A stretch of 64,000 nt of DNA from the NCBI GenBank assembly GCA_964016885.1, contig OZ024749.1, positions 24,118,001-24,182,000 of the forward strand, written 5' to 3'. Position 1 is the first letter of the stretch. Every line of letters begins with the position of its first letter. This DNA comes from Eledone cirrhosa. Taxonomy: Eukaryota. The notes under the pieces are model-generated. The model saw nothing but the letters and a program-made list of their open reading frames with translations, ran no database searches and was not told the origin of the DNA. Shown in pieces: positions 53,480 to 64,000 of this stretch. The position numbers and the translations under genes are program-made.

Positions 53480-53867
53480 TACGATATTAAACAAATGGAA
53501 ACTATATTTATAAAACCATATGTATTTCATTATATATGTTTCTGGGATATCATATTAAAAATATGGTATGCCTTCCTCAGACAAAATACAATATATAAGC
53601 CGTTTTATAAATAAATTTGACATACCTTAAAATAATACAACTCCCATTTAAAAAGTTGATTTGGTAGTGTAGTAGTAATACTACCAAATCAACTTTTTAA
53701 ATGGAAGTTGCATTATTTTAAGTATGTCAAATTTATTTATAAAACGGCTTATATATTGTATTTTGTCTGAGGAAGGCATACCATATTTTTAATATGATAT
53801 CCCAGAAATATATATAATGAAATAAATATGGTTTTATAAATATAGTTTCCATTTGTTTAATATCGTA
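53480..53867. repeat. Fold-back inverted repeat (~190 bp arms) with hammerheads at 53523-53588 (-) and 53759-53824 (+)
   Basis: Near-perfect arms centred at ~53673. The + arm reads tattttgt-CTGAGGA-...-GAAA-tatata-TA-atgaaata. Confidence 0.88.
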
Positions 53868-54189
53868 TATATATACATATATATTTATATATATATATAT
53901 GATTGGATCCAAAATAGACGGAAAACATCTTCAGATGATCAGATTATTGAGTAGAGAAGTTTTAACATTAGATAATTCCATTTTGTAAACTACTGATGAG
54001 ATTATAGAGGGAAGAATCTATATAATAAGCATAAAGATAACTGTGAAATCATACTAAGGATTATGATTGTGATAGTAGAGTTGTTTGTGGTGGTGAGGCT
54101 GAAACTAAGGATATAAAGATGGCGATGATCATACAGATTATGGTGATTATTAAGCTATTGATGATTATCTTGTTTATAATGGTTGTAGA

Positions 54190-55460
54190 TTTAGGCACAA
54201 GGACGACAGTTGTTTTTCTTTCTGAGGACGATAAAAAAGACCTCCGTGCATTACTTGTACTTTATTTTATCGACCCCGTAAGGATGAAAGGTATAGGTAA
54301 ACTGTTGGGATTTGAACACAGAACGCAAGGGGACGTAACTGAGCATATTGCCAAACGGTCTACCGATACTGTCAATCTGCCGCCATTACATTGGTTATAG
54401 CAATTATTATTATGATAGAGTCCAGGTAGTGCCGCTACTTTTCCGAATCGAAAGCTTACAGTTCCGATACTATGAACATGTGGTTAGAATGTCCCAGGAA
54501 AGAATCGCTGAACAAATTTCACTGGCAAAACCAACCGGCAACAGGCCCAGGGAAAGATGGTTGGATACTACACATGAGCTTGGCTGGTCACACTTGGAGA
54601 CGGCTGCTTTTGGAAGGTCTCATTTTGGGACTCCGCAGCCAAGATCCTCTCAAGAATAGCTGGTAAAAAGAATAATTAGGATGCTACAGTTAGATTGGCG
54701 GACACGTTATTCGTTTAGGTTTGTTTAATCTGCGTTCAAATCCCTTCCAGTTCAGCTTTATCTATCACACTTCTGGGTCGATAAAATAAAGTACTACACA
54801 AATACTTAAGTTGGTATAATCGTCTTTCCTTCCCAACAAAATTATTGGCCTTCTGCCTGAGTGAGAAGTTTGTAACATTGGCAGTATATCTAGAGCATCA
54901 GACAAAGTAGTTTTCGGCATAGAGTTAGGTCATTTAGATTATGCGTTCAAATTTAGTCGAAGTTAGCTTTGCCTTTCATCCTTACTTCATCGAAAATGTG
55001 AAATACCAGTAATGCACTGGGATTGATTTAATCGTCTTCCTCTCCTTCAAATTTGCTGGCCGCGTGGATTGGCAGTATCGGTAGAGGGTGGGACGCCATT
55101 TTTTGACGCAAAGAGTTACGTCCCTTTACGATCTGAGTTCAAATTCCGCCGAGGTTAACTTTGCCGTTCATCCTTACGGGGTCGATAAAATCAAGTACCA
55201 GTAATGCACTGGATAATAGATGGCCTTCAGCCTAAAGTAGAAACAATTATTATAATTAGTAGTAGTAGTAGTGGGTGTAGTAGTAATAGCAGCAGCAGCA
55301 GCAGGAGTAGAAGTAGTAGTATTAGTAATAGTAATAGTAGCAGCAGTAGCAGTTTCACTAATAGTAGTAGAGCTGCAGCAGAAGTATTATTATTATTATT
55401 GGTCCAGTAATACACTGGGTAATTGCTGGCCTTGTGCCTAACGTAGAAACAATTATTATT
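54190..55460. mobile_element. SINE cluster (one reverse copy at 54190-54390, several forward copies at 54690-55460) with (AGT)n
   Basis: Repeated gttcaaat..cctttcatcc..gtcgataaaa..gtaccagt consensus. Confidence 0.8.
54410..54660 (+). mobile_element. Old RTE-like LINE 3' fragment
   Basis: LQFRYYEHVVRMSQERIAEQISLAKPTGNRPRERWLD resembles the RTE C-terminal RW.GHV.RM..R..G.RP..RW motif. Confidence 0.55.
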
Positions 55461-55464
55461 ATTT

Positions 55465-58400
55465 TGGTCTAATCAGACGTATTTTGCTCGCTCCCAGTAA
55501 ATCGCTGTATTTGCCTGTTAAAATTATTTGTTGTTAAATATTTCTTGTTGTGTAAGGGATATAAGCCCTTAGACATTGCCCTGTGAAGGGGAATGTATAA
55601 TATTTGGGCCTTTTGGCCCAAATATCTGAACATTTTACGTTTAAAATATTATTTTAAAAAAAAAACATGGCTGAGCCACGCCACCTAGCAATATGTCTGC
55701 TGTGGTGTGACAACAGTGTAAAAGGTGAGAGGAGGATTAGTGAAATTCATACAACAGACACCACCACAAACCACGCGAACAACACTGGGAACACTAATTT
55801 TGAAAACATTACCACACCAACTTCAACAATAACAGCGACAACAAAAATACAGACAACAGAAAAAATGACAACAAATGCAACAACGATATTAACACCACTA
55901 ACAAGAAAATAAACGACAACAGCAACAATACAAAATGCACCGAAAACAGCAAAAACTGTGGCACCAAAAACACAACCAATTACAACAGTGATAAAAGCAA
56001 CAACACCAACAACACCGTTTGTAGCAACAGCAACAGCACCAACAACAAGACCAGTAGCAGCAGTAGCGGCATCAAAAATGGTGCCACTGAAAAAGGGGCC
56101 ACTTCTTTCGCAGGTGTGGCCCGAAATATAGAGACAGGGCTAGTCACGCAGGAGATGGCAGTCGCAAACACAACAAAACACACACACCCAACAGCAACAA
56201 CAAGAAAACAGCAACAAAATCGCCCCTCCCCCCAAAAAGTACACAGCCATAAACATGGCAAATAAAAAACTCTTACAACATATAAAGCAGCACACAGACA
56301 TCCCAGAATAAACTACTACACCCATCAACACCAAGAACTCTCCCGACAAACATAAGCATCATTGAAGTCTCAATAGAACATTACAAACTTTTAAAACAAA
56401 TTCCCCAACGCAGTTCGAGACTTCAGAGGGTCGGTTACCAAGAGGATAGACAACGACATCCTCTTGGAAACACCCATGACCAGCCAAAGGGACGGTTCTA
56501 CTGTCCCGTCACCACACGATCAAGGTAAGTGATCCCTTCTCACTTACCCCGTTTCTCATCCAAAATGGCTGTACTTAGAATAGGCAGTATAAATGTACGT
56601 GGCCTGGGGTCATCTTGGAAACAGGGACACCTGCTCGACGACCTCAGGTCACTAAACATAGATGTGGTGGCCATCAGCGAGACCAGAATCTCCGAAGCAC
56701 GAGCCTTCGCACCAATCTTCGGCGGCTACGATATATACGCATTTCTCAGCCGTCCAGGATCGGGGGAGGAGTCGCCGTGCTTTTTCGGAGAGGCTTGGAT
56801 CTCGCCATACGGGCCATCTTCCTGGACCCAGAAGGTAGGTCGATCGTGCTGAACGTGACCGGCAGAGAAGGCAATGCTTTCAGCTTAGGAGCCGTTTTCT
56901 TCAGACGTCTAGAGACCTTTCTTGGAACGTCACGCTCATAAGTGTTAGTGGGCGACTGGAACGGTATCTTAGATGCACGCTGGGATTATGTGGGGCTAGT
57001 AGACAGGGCTGGAGGGTGTAAAAGCCTCAACAGCCTGCTCAGAGGCTTTGAACTGTCTGACAGGTATAGACAGGATTATCCGAATGTGCCAATGTGGACA
57101 TGGGCAAACCGCATCGGGTCATCCAGATCGTATTTATATAGGGTATTCTGTAGGGAAACAGATAAGGCTAGTATAGGTTGTCCACAATTTAAAGTAGTCG
57201 ACTACACGAACGACACATTTGCGATCTGTGAAGTTCACTTAGATAGACTCCATAGGCAAGGTCCCGGCTAGTGGAAGCTGAACGCATCGGTCCAGGCGCG
57301 CAAAGCTTACAGAGACCGGATTAGCGAATTAGTTAAGCGTGCGTTGACGGGTACGACCGTCAACAACAGATGGTGGTTTACCCTGAAATGGGATATTAGA
57401 GTAGAATCGATAAGTTTAGCAAAGGAGTAGTGATAGAGGAAAATAGAGAAGAGGGAGAGTCAGTTAGAAAGCTAGAAGAGGCGTTTAGAACAGGCATCGC
57501 AACCGACGTGCTTGCGGCAAGATTGGCACTCGACCAATTCTTCAACGCAAAGCATTAAGGCTGCGTTGTCAGAGCTAGAGCGCGTGCTCTAAGACACGAG
57601 GGGACGAATGCCGTTCAATGGACCCGGTTGATGGAGGCGCGACATGGCAACAAGTCCACAATTCGGTCTTTGCCTGATCAAAACGGCTGCATGTTGCTCG
57701 AACCCGAGCAGATGTGTGCGGCTTTTCAACAGCACTTTGCTCAATTGTTCGGGAGCGGCGGTGGGCCGGATCAGAGTATGGATTTCGGTGCATACCTCGA
57801 CGGTCTGCCGCGGCTATCGACGACCGCAGCGCCAGCGCTGCGAAAAGCCGATAGCAGCAGGTGAAATACGGGAAGCGATGACTGACTGCACGAGGGTTAA
57901 ATCGCCAGGTTTGGATGGTCTGCCATATGAGCTTTATGCGTATATGCCAGACTTGTTCGTATGTCTACTGAAACTGGTAGCAGAACGGGAGCATTCCCAG
58001 TTTTATGAGCCGAGGAGCAATGGCGCTGCTGCCAAAAGACCCAAACAAGGGGGAAGTTATAGACAACTTCAGACCCATAACTCTGCTAAGCGCAGAGTTT
58101 AAGATTTTGGCCTAGGTGTTAGCAAAGAGATTGGCGCTTGTCGTCGGTGAAATGGTGGGAGAGGCGGAGACAACCTCCATCTCAGGCGATGCATCATAGA
58201 GAGGGTGGTTAAGGAACCTGAAACGCTGGGGATTTGATCAAGTTGGATCAATCTAAAGCATATGATAGGGTCGACCATCGCTAGCTGGCTGCCGTCCTCA
58301 AGGCGGCCGGCTTCGGGCCCATTTTTAGGGGCTGGCTCGCTGCGATGCACAGCAACATCGGCTCGATTGTGAGGAGGGTGAATGGTCACCTGTCGCAGCC

Positions 58401-60136
58401 TTTCAGTATCATTCGGTCGGTCCGCCGGGGTTGCCCCTCTCGTCCCTCTTGTACGTACTGGCCCTAGAGCCGTTACTGCACAAATTGGAGACGATGAGGT
58501 GGGTCCCACGCGAACTGGGATGCGGGAGATCAGTGTCAGCTTACGCCGACGACGTCACCGTGGTAGTGTCGAGCACCAAACACCTCCAGATGCTCGGCAC
58601 AACTCTCAAGGAATACGAAGCGGTGACAGAAGCAAAGATAAACCAGGGAAAGTCAGTGGGCTTGCAACTCGGCATCTGGAGAGGCAAGTCCATGCCGTCC
58701 GACAGCGTCGTGGGGCGCTGGACGGAAGGACCGGTTAAATTGCTCTGGGTCCGGTGCGGTCCGGACCTCCAGATGGAGAAAAACTGGAGCGACGTGACGA
58801 GCAGGGTGGCCTCACTAACGCAGAAATGGGCCGCGAGGAGGCTGTCTCTGAAAGGTCGGGCGGAGGTGGCGAATGCATACATAGCGTCCGTCATCTGCTA
58901 CAACCTGACCGTCGTACCTTGCTCTCGCCCAACTCTGACCAAAATGGAGCCCCTTCTCTTCCGCTCTTTGTGGAAGAGACGTGCTCCCATGGTCAGCCGA
59001 TCCATTTGCTGTCAACACCTGTTGCGTGGAGGACTAGGCATGCCGTGGCTGATGATGCGCAAAGATGCGCTGAGGCTGCGACATCTCTGGTGCTTCCTTG
59101 ACGGTGAACAGGTGTGGTCGCCGTTTGCCAGACGCGATTTTCCCCTGCTCATCTCCTTGACCGAGCTGCAGTCATGGATCAGGAAAAGCCCGAGAGATAG
59201 CGCTTGGAAGCTGGAATGTTTTCAAGGGCTTATCGCCCTCTACCAGCTGGACACCAGTATCGGTGGAACATCCACCTCGGCGATCTATAGAGGGCTAGTG
59301 GAGGGTAAGAGCGACGATGTTCTCCGGGAGACTCTGGGCATCGAAGGCAATCATCTGTTCGCTCTCTTCAAGATAACTTTCAGACCGGGGCCTATGGACA
59401 ACTTCCAGAAATCCCAGGCCTGGCAGTGCTACCGGAGAGCGTTGCCGGTTGGGATAAGCTCTACAGGCACGGAGGTGCTGTCAGCCGAGCCTGTCCGAGA
59501 TGCGCGCAAGGTGTCCTGCATGCATCCGTGCAGTGCCCGAGGATTGCTGATTTGTGGAGCTATGTCGAACAGCTGCTGTCGCGTGTAGGACAGATCCGGT
59601 TATCGACTGAGTCCATTGTGCAGATAGCCCCGCCATCCTCCTTTAAAGAGGAGGAAGGGCAGGCAGTTTTCATCTGAGATTGTGTGGTGGTCAAGGTTAA
59701 AAGGGTTGAAGACGGACACTTTCCTCTCCGGCCAATCCCTAATTAACTTTTTCAAGTTTCACTTGAAGAGGAAAATCAGGGTGGAGAGGCAAGTGCCGTC
59801 TTCTAGTAAGTTTGTTGAAAGGTGGGTGAAAGTGGCGAGTTTGGTCCGAGTGAACGGGCCCGCACTGAGTATTGTAGACTGATGAGTGGGAAAACTGAGA
59901 GAGGGCGCTTGCCCTGATGGTCAGGTTGACCGTGGCCTTTTTGTGGGGTTTTCGACACGAGTGACCCTCGGAGGTTTCCCCCTATTTTGGGAATTTTTGT
60001 TGTTTGAATTTATTTGATTCCTAGCCCAAGTTTGTTATAACTTGTTTACACGAACAAAACCCACTTTGTATCGTCCTGAACTGTTCTGTGGCGTCTCTAA
60101 TGTTTTTCTTCGTGTTAGCCCTTGTAGCCAATAAAG
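55465..60136 (+). mobile_element. L1/Tx1-clade LINE, degenerate: low-complexity ORF1 remnant and ORF2 (APE-RT-zinc knuckle) 56565-59882
   Basis: Motifs MAVLRIGSINVRGL..VAISET, LVGDWN, WKLN, KSPGLDGL, FRPITLL, PLSSLLYVLALEPLL, AYADD, LSLKGR, GGLG and CPRC..H...C. AATAAA at ~60130. Many stops and frameshifts. The 5' boundary is approximate. Confidence 0.92.
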
Positions 60137-60645
60137 GGTGGATTGGCAGTATCGGTAGAGGCTCGGACGCCATGCTTTGGCGCATAGAGTTACGGCCCTT
60201 TCCATTCTGAGTTCAAATCCCGCCGAGGTTAACTTTGCCTTTCATCCTTACGGGGGTCGATAAAATAAAGTACCTGTACTGGGTAATTGCTGGCATTGTG
60301 CCAAAAGTAGAAACAATTATTATTATTATAAGAGTTACAGCCCTTTATGGTCTGAGTTCAAATCCCGCCAAGGTTAACTTTGCCTTTCATCCTTACGGGG
60401 TCGATAAAATAAAGTACCAGTAATACACTGGAATAATTGCTGGCATTGTGCCTAAAGTAGAAACAATTATTATTATTAGTAGTATTAGTAGTAATAATAG
60501 TAGCTGCATTAGTAGTAGTAGTGGGTGTTGCACTAATTGTAGTAGAGCTGCAGCAGATTAGTAGTAGTAGTGATAATAGTAATAGCTGCAGTAGTATTAG
60601 TAGAAGTAGTAGTAGTGATAGTAGTTGTAGCAGTAGTAGTATTTA

Positions 60646-60681
<36 letters not shown>

Positions 60682-60998
60682 CCAGTAGTAGTAGTATTAA
60701 TATTAGCAGCAGTGGCAGCAGTAGTAGTGTCAACAATATAGAATCGGTGGCGCCTGGTGAGGTTCCGTGATATAAGTGATACATATCTCAACTAATAAAA
60801 AGAAAATATGTCTTCGGTACGGCAGTATCGGTAGAGGGTCGGATGCCATGCTTTCTAGCATAGTTACGTCCCTTTACAGCCTGAGTTCAAATCCCGCCGA
60901 GGTTAACTTTGCCTTTCATCCTTACGGGGTCGATAAAATAAAGTACCAGTAATGTACTGGGTAATTGCTGGCCTTGTGCCTAAAGTAGAAACAATTAT
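60137..60998 (+). mobile_element. Tandem SINE copies separated by an (AGT)n tract
   Basis: Consensus copies at 60137-60325, 60330-60478 and 60820-60998. Confidence 0.88.
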
Positions 60999-61129
60999 TT
61001 CGTCATCGATACTATTTTCCCTCTCATTTAGCGTATACTATATTATATTGCTTTCGAGCTTCATACACGGCGTTTATTTATATATGTATGTATATAATAT
61101 ATATAAATATACAATATAATAATAAATGT

Positions 61130-61462
61130 AAACTATATTTATAAAACCATATTTATTTCATTATACATATTTCAAGGTCACCAAAGCAAATTATGGTGCG
61201 CTTTCATCAGATAAATTATAATATAGATCAGTTTTATAAACAAATATTGACATACCCTTAAAATAATGCGACCATGTCTGTTGGAAGCTCCCGGATAGTG
61301 GGGTTACTAATTTTATTATTGGTCTATTATGTAAATAATAATTAAGGGTATGTCAATATTTGTTTATGAAACTGATCTATTTTATATTTTATCTGATGAA
61401 AGCGCACCATAATTTGCTTTGGTGTCCTTGAAATATGTATAATGAAATAAATATAGTTTCCA
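61130..61462. repeat. Inverted repeat with hammerheads at 61154-61218 (-) and 61385-61449 (+)
   Basis: The + arm reads tattttat-CTGATGA-aag-cgcacca..tggtgt-cctt-GAAA-tatgta-TA-atgaaata. Arms are ~110-130 bp with a ~75 bp spacer. Confidence 0.85.
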
Positions 61463-62726
61463 TTTATAAATATATTGTAATTTTACTCCAAAAATGTGTT
61501 GAGGGCATTATATCAGTTATAAAAATATTTGCTTGTTGTATCCCAACAAATGAAATATAACTTCTACATATATATATATATATATATATACATACACCCA
61601 CATATACACATATACAAATATATATATATGTGTGTGTGTGTATGCATATATATATGCACATATATATACATAAATACATATATATATATGCATATATATA
61701 TATATGCAATCAGAGTATAGCTTAAAGCTTTCTCTGTTAATGTATTGAATATTATACTCTTGATTTGGCCTGAGATGAATATTTCCAGATACCTTTTCAG
61801 CGTAACTTTATTATTACTATGAAATATTGATCGTTATTCTGGTATCATATCTCTGTTTTTAGCCTAAGAAAATACCTATATGCGTGTATAAATAATACAT
61901 GCATACATTTATTTTTTTAAAATCTAATTGACTTCTTCATACGCAGGGTTAAAATGGTTGAAAAAATTAATTGACCCGCGTGTAAATTATTTTACTTTCT
62001 TGTGTTTCGCGATGACCTCCCCTTTCCGCTTCATGACGCTGTGAGATTCCTCATTCTGAGACTGCTGGAATTTCAAAGCTGGCGGTCATTCTGACGCGGA
62101 GAGAGACCGTCGCTGACATGGGATTAAGCATCGGTAAGAGAGATTTTTTATATCGATGTTTGACGCGCATCCACTGATGATTTATAAGTACCCACCTGCA
62201 TATATTCCTACGTAATGAGTGCAGGCTTCTACATAACCCGGACACATTCTCCCAACTTGTAGAAAACTTATACTGAAACAATTGTTTGGAAAGGGAGATA
62301 TATTTTAATTATGTCTCATATAAAATAATACAACTGGCTTTCCGCAAAATACATATAGTTAGCACCCGAAACGTAAAATTGGGATTATACTAAGGTATAT
62401 TATATCCTAATGTTTGTTGAGTGAGTTGGTAGCCAGTCAGAGTATAGCTTAAAGCTTTCTCTGTTAATGTATTGTATATGCATATATATATATATATATG
62501 CATATATATATATATGCATATATATATATGCATATATGTATTTGCATATATATATATGCATATTTATATGCATATATATATTTATACATATATATGCATA
62601 TATATATATGCTTATATATATATATATGCTTATATATATATATATATGCATATATATATATATGCATATATATATATATATGCTTATATATATATATATA
62701 TATATATGCATATATATATATATATG

Positions 62727-63145
62727 CAAAATCACCGGGAGAGATGACCCCTTAGCCTTTGTCAATGCAGAATTCTAGGAGAAGGAAAACTCAGATGTAA
62801 CACCTGCAACCCTGATGGTATCCAATTATGTTGACTTGTTCTTCTTTTTGGTAAATATCATCTTGGTTAAGAGAGTGGGACTGGCTTTGTGCAGTGCCTT
62901 TGCTCACTATAAAAGCTTCACGGCACAGACATTGCTTTATATCTGGAGATCTCCCTGCACTTGTCGTCACATGGTACCATGGGCCCAGCACTATGTGTCA
63001 ATAGTTGTCACAAGTGTAGTGTTTGTACCAGAGTTTTCAAGTCGCTGGCTGGACTAAAAAGTCACACTCGTTCAGCGCATCGGTAGGGGTTCTCCTACAT
63101 GGATATAAAGTAGTGGCCGTACTCGAAAACGAGTTGGCAGCCACC

Positions 63146-63147
<2 letters not shown>
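62727..63147 (+). mobile_element. 3' end of a related RTE subfamily
   Basis: 63009-63086 encodes [25 protein letters not shown], compared with [20 protein letters not shown] in the 18-22 kb RTE. The terminus ggccgtactcgaaaacgagttggcagccaccat matches that RTE's 3' end. Confidence 0.8.
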
Positions 63148-63185
<38 letters not shown>

Positions 63186-63290
63186 ATATATATGTATGTA
63201 TATATATATGTATGTATATATATATGTATGTATATATATATGTATATATATATGTATGTATATATATATGTATGTATATATATATGTATG

Positions 63291-63325
<35 letters not shown>

Positions 63326-63382
63326 GTATATATATATGTATGTACATATATATGTATATATATATGTATGTATATATATATG

Positions 63383-63413
<31 letters not shown>

Positions 63414-63439
63414 GCATGTATATATATATATGTATGTAT

Positions 63440-63885
63440 AGAGGCTGGGGTAGGATTTGCTGTTAAGACTGTACTTGTGAATAAATAAGAAGAATTCCCA
63501 GTAGGGATTAGTGAGCGTCTTATGTCCATGAGAATTCCGCTGGACAAAGGAAGATATGCGACCCTGGTGAGTGTGTATGCTCCAACTATGAATTCTGTCG
63601 ATGAAGAAAAAGTGTCCTTTTACCATGCCTTGAAAGGTGTTTTAAGAAATATTCCTCAGGCTGACAAATTCATCGTGCTTGGTGACTTTAATGCTAGAGT
63701 GGGTAGGGATTTTTAACACATGGAATGTAATCGGAAGGCATGGGGTGGGAAAGTGTAACAACAATGGTGTGCTCCTGCTGCACATGTGTGAGGAGCTGGA
63801 TCTGTGTGTTACCAACACCATGTTCCAACCAAAAAACAAATTCAAGACCACATGGATGCATCCTGCATCTAAGGAATGTCATCTC
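63440..63885 (+). mobile_element. Internal APE-domain fragment of the same RTE family as 18460-22303
   Basis: High identity to ~18823-19267 (gaggctggggtaggatttgctgttaagactg...atgcatcctgcatctaaggaat). Confidence 0.93.
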
Positions 63886-64000
63886 AATAGTGCTAAGTTT
63901 AATATTCTGATCGCAGATTTGGTAGGAGTGATGAAGAATGTGTCCCGCATGTGCGACCCAACAGAAATGGAAAGACACATCCAACACTTCATCAACATGA

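Noticed and set aside
63890-64000. Short open frame AKFNILIADLVGVMKNVSRMCDPTEMERHIQHFINM at the window edge
   Set aside because: Too short and truncated by the window edge; no recognisable motif.

Overview
Gene-poor, AT-rich eukaryotic (animal) genomic DNA. The SINE content, (TA)n density and retroelement mix suggest a mollusc, probably an octopus; this is an inference. No intact host protein-coding gene is evident, and most ORFs in the track are microsatellite or satellite artefacts. Contents: an 8.6 kb ~20-22 bp satellite with kb-scale higher-order duplications; a near full-length RTE LINE with three C-terminal C2H2 fingers plus RTE fragments; a near full-length Penelope-like element (PLE, RT + GIY-YIG) plus three other GIY-YIG remnants; a degenerate L1/Tx1 LINE; an RLE-type LINE tail; a non-autonomous Helitron; and many tRNA-derived SINEs. 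The main hidden signal, found by manual folding on both strands, is about 25 type I hammerhead ribozyme (HHR) motifs, intact or degenerate, from roughly ten sequence families. They include a 310 bp, non-coding, highly structured tandem array with one HHR per unit (41.7-43.3 kb, retrozyme/circRNA-like), U3-A8 covariant cores, a possible pseudoknotted HHR, and many fold-back arrangements carrying HHRs on both strands. All structures were folded by eye; none was computed or tested.
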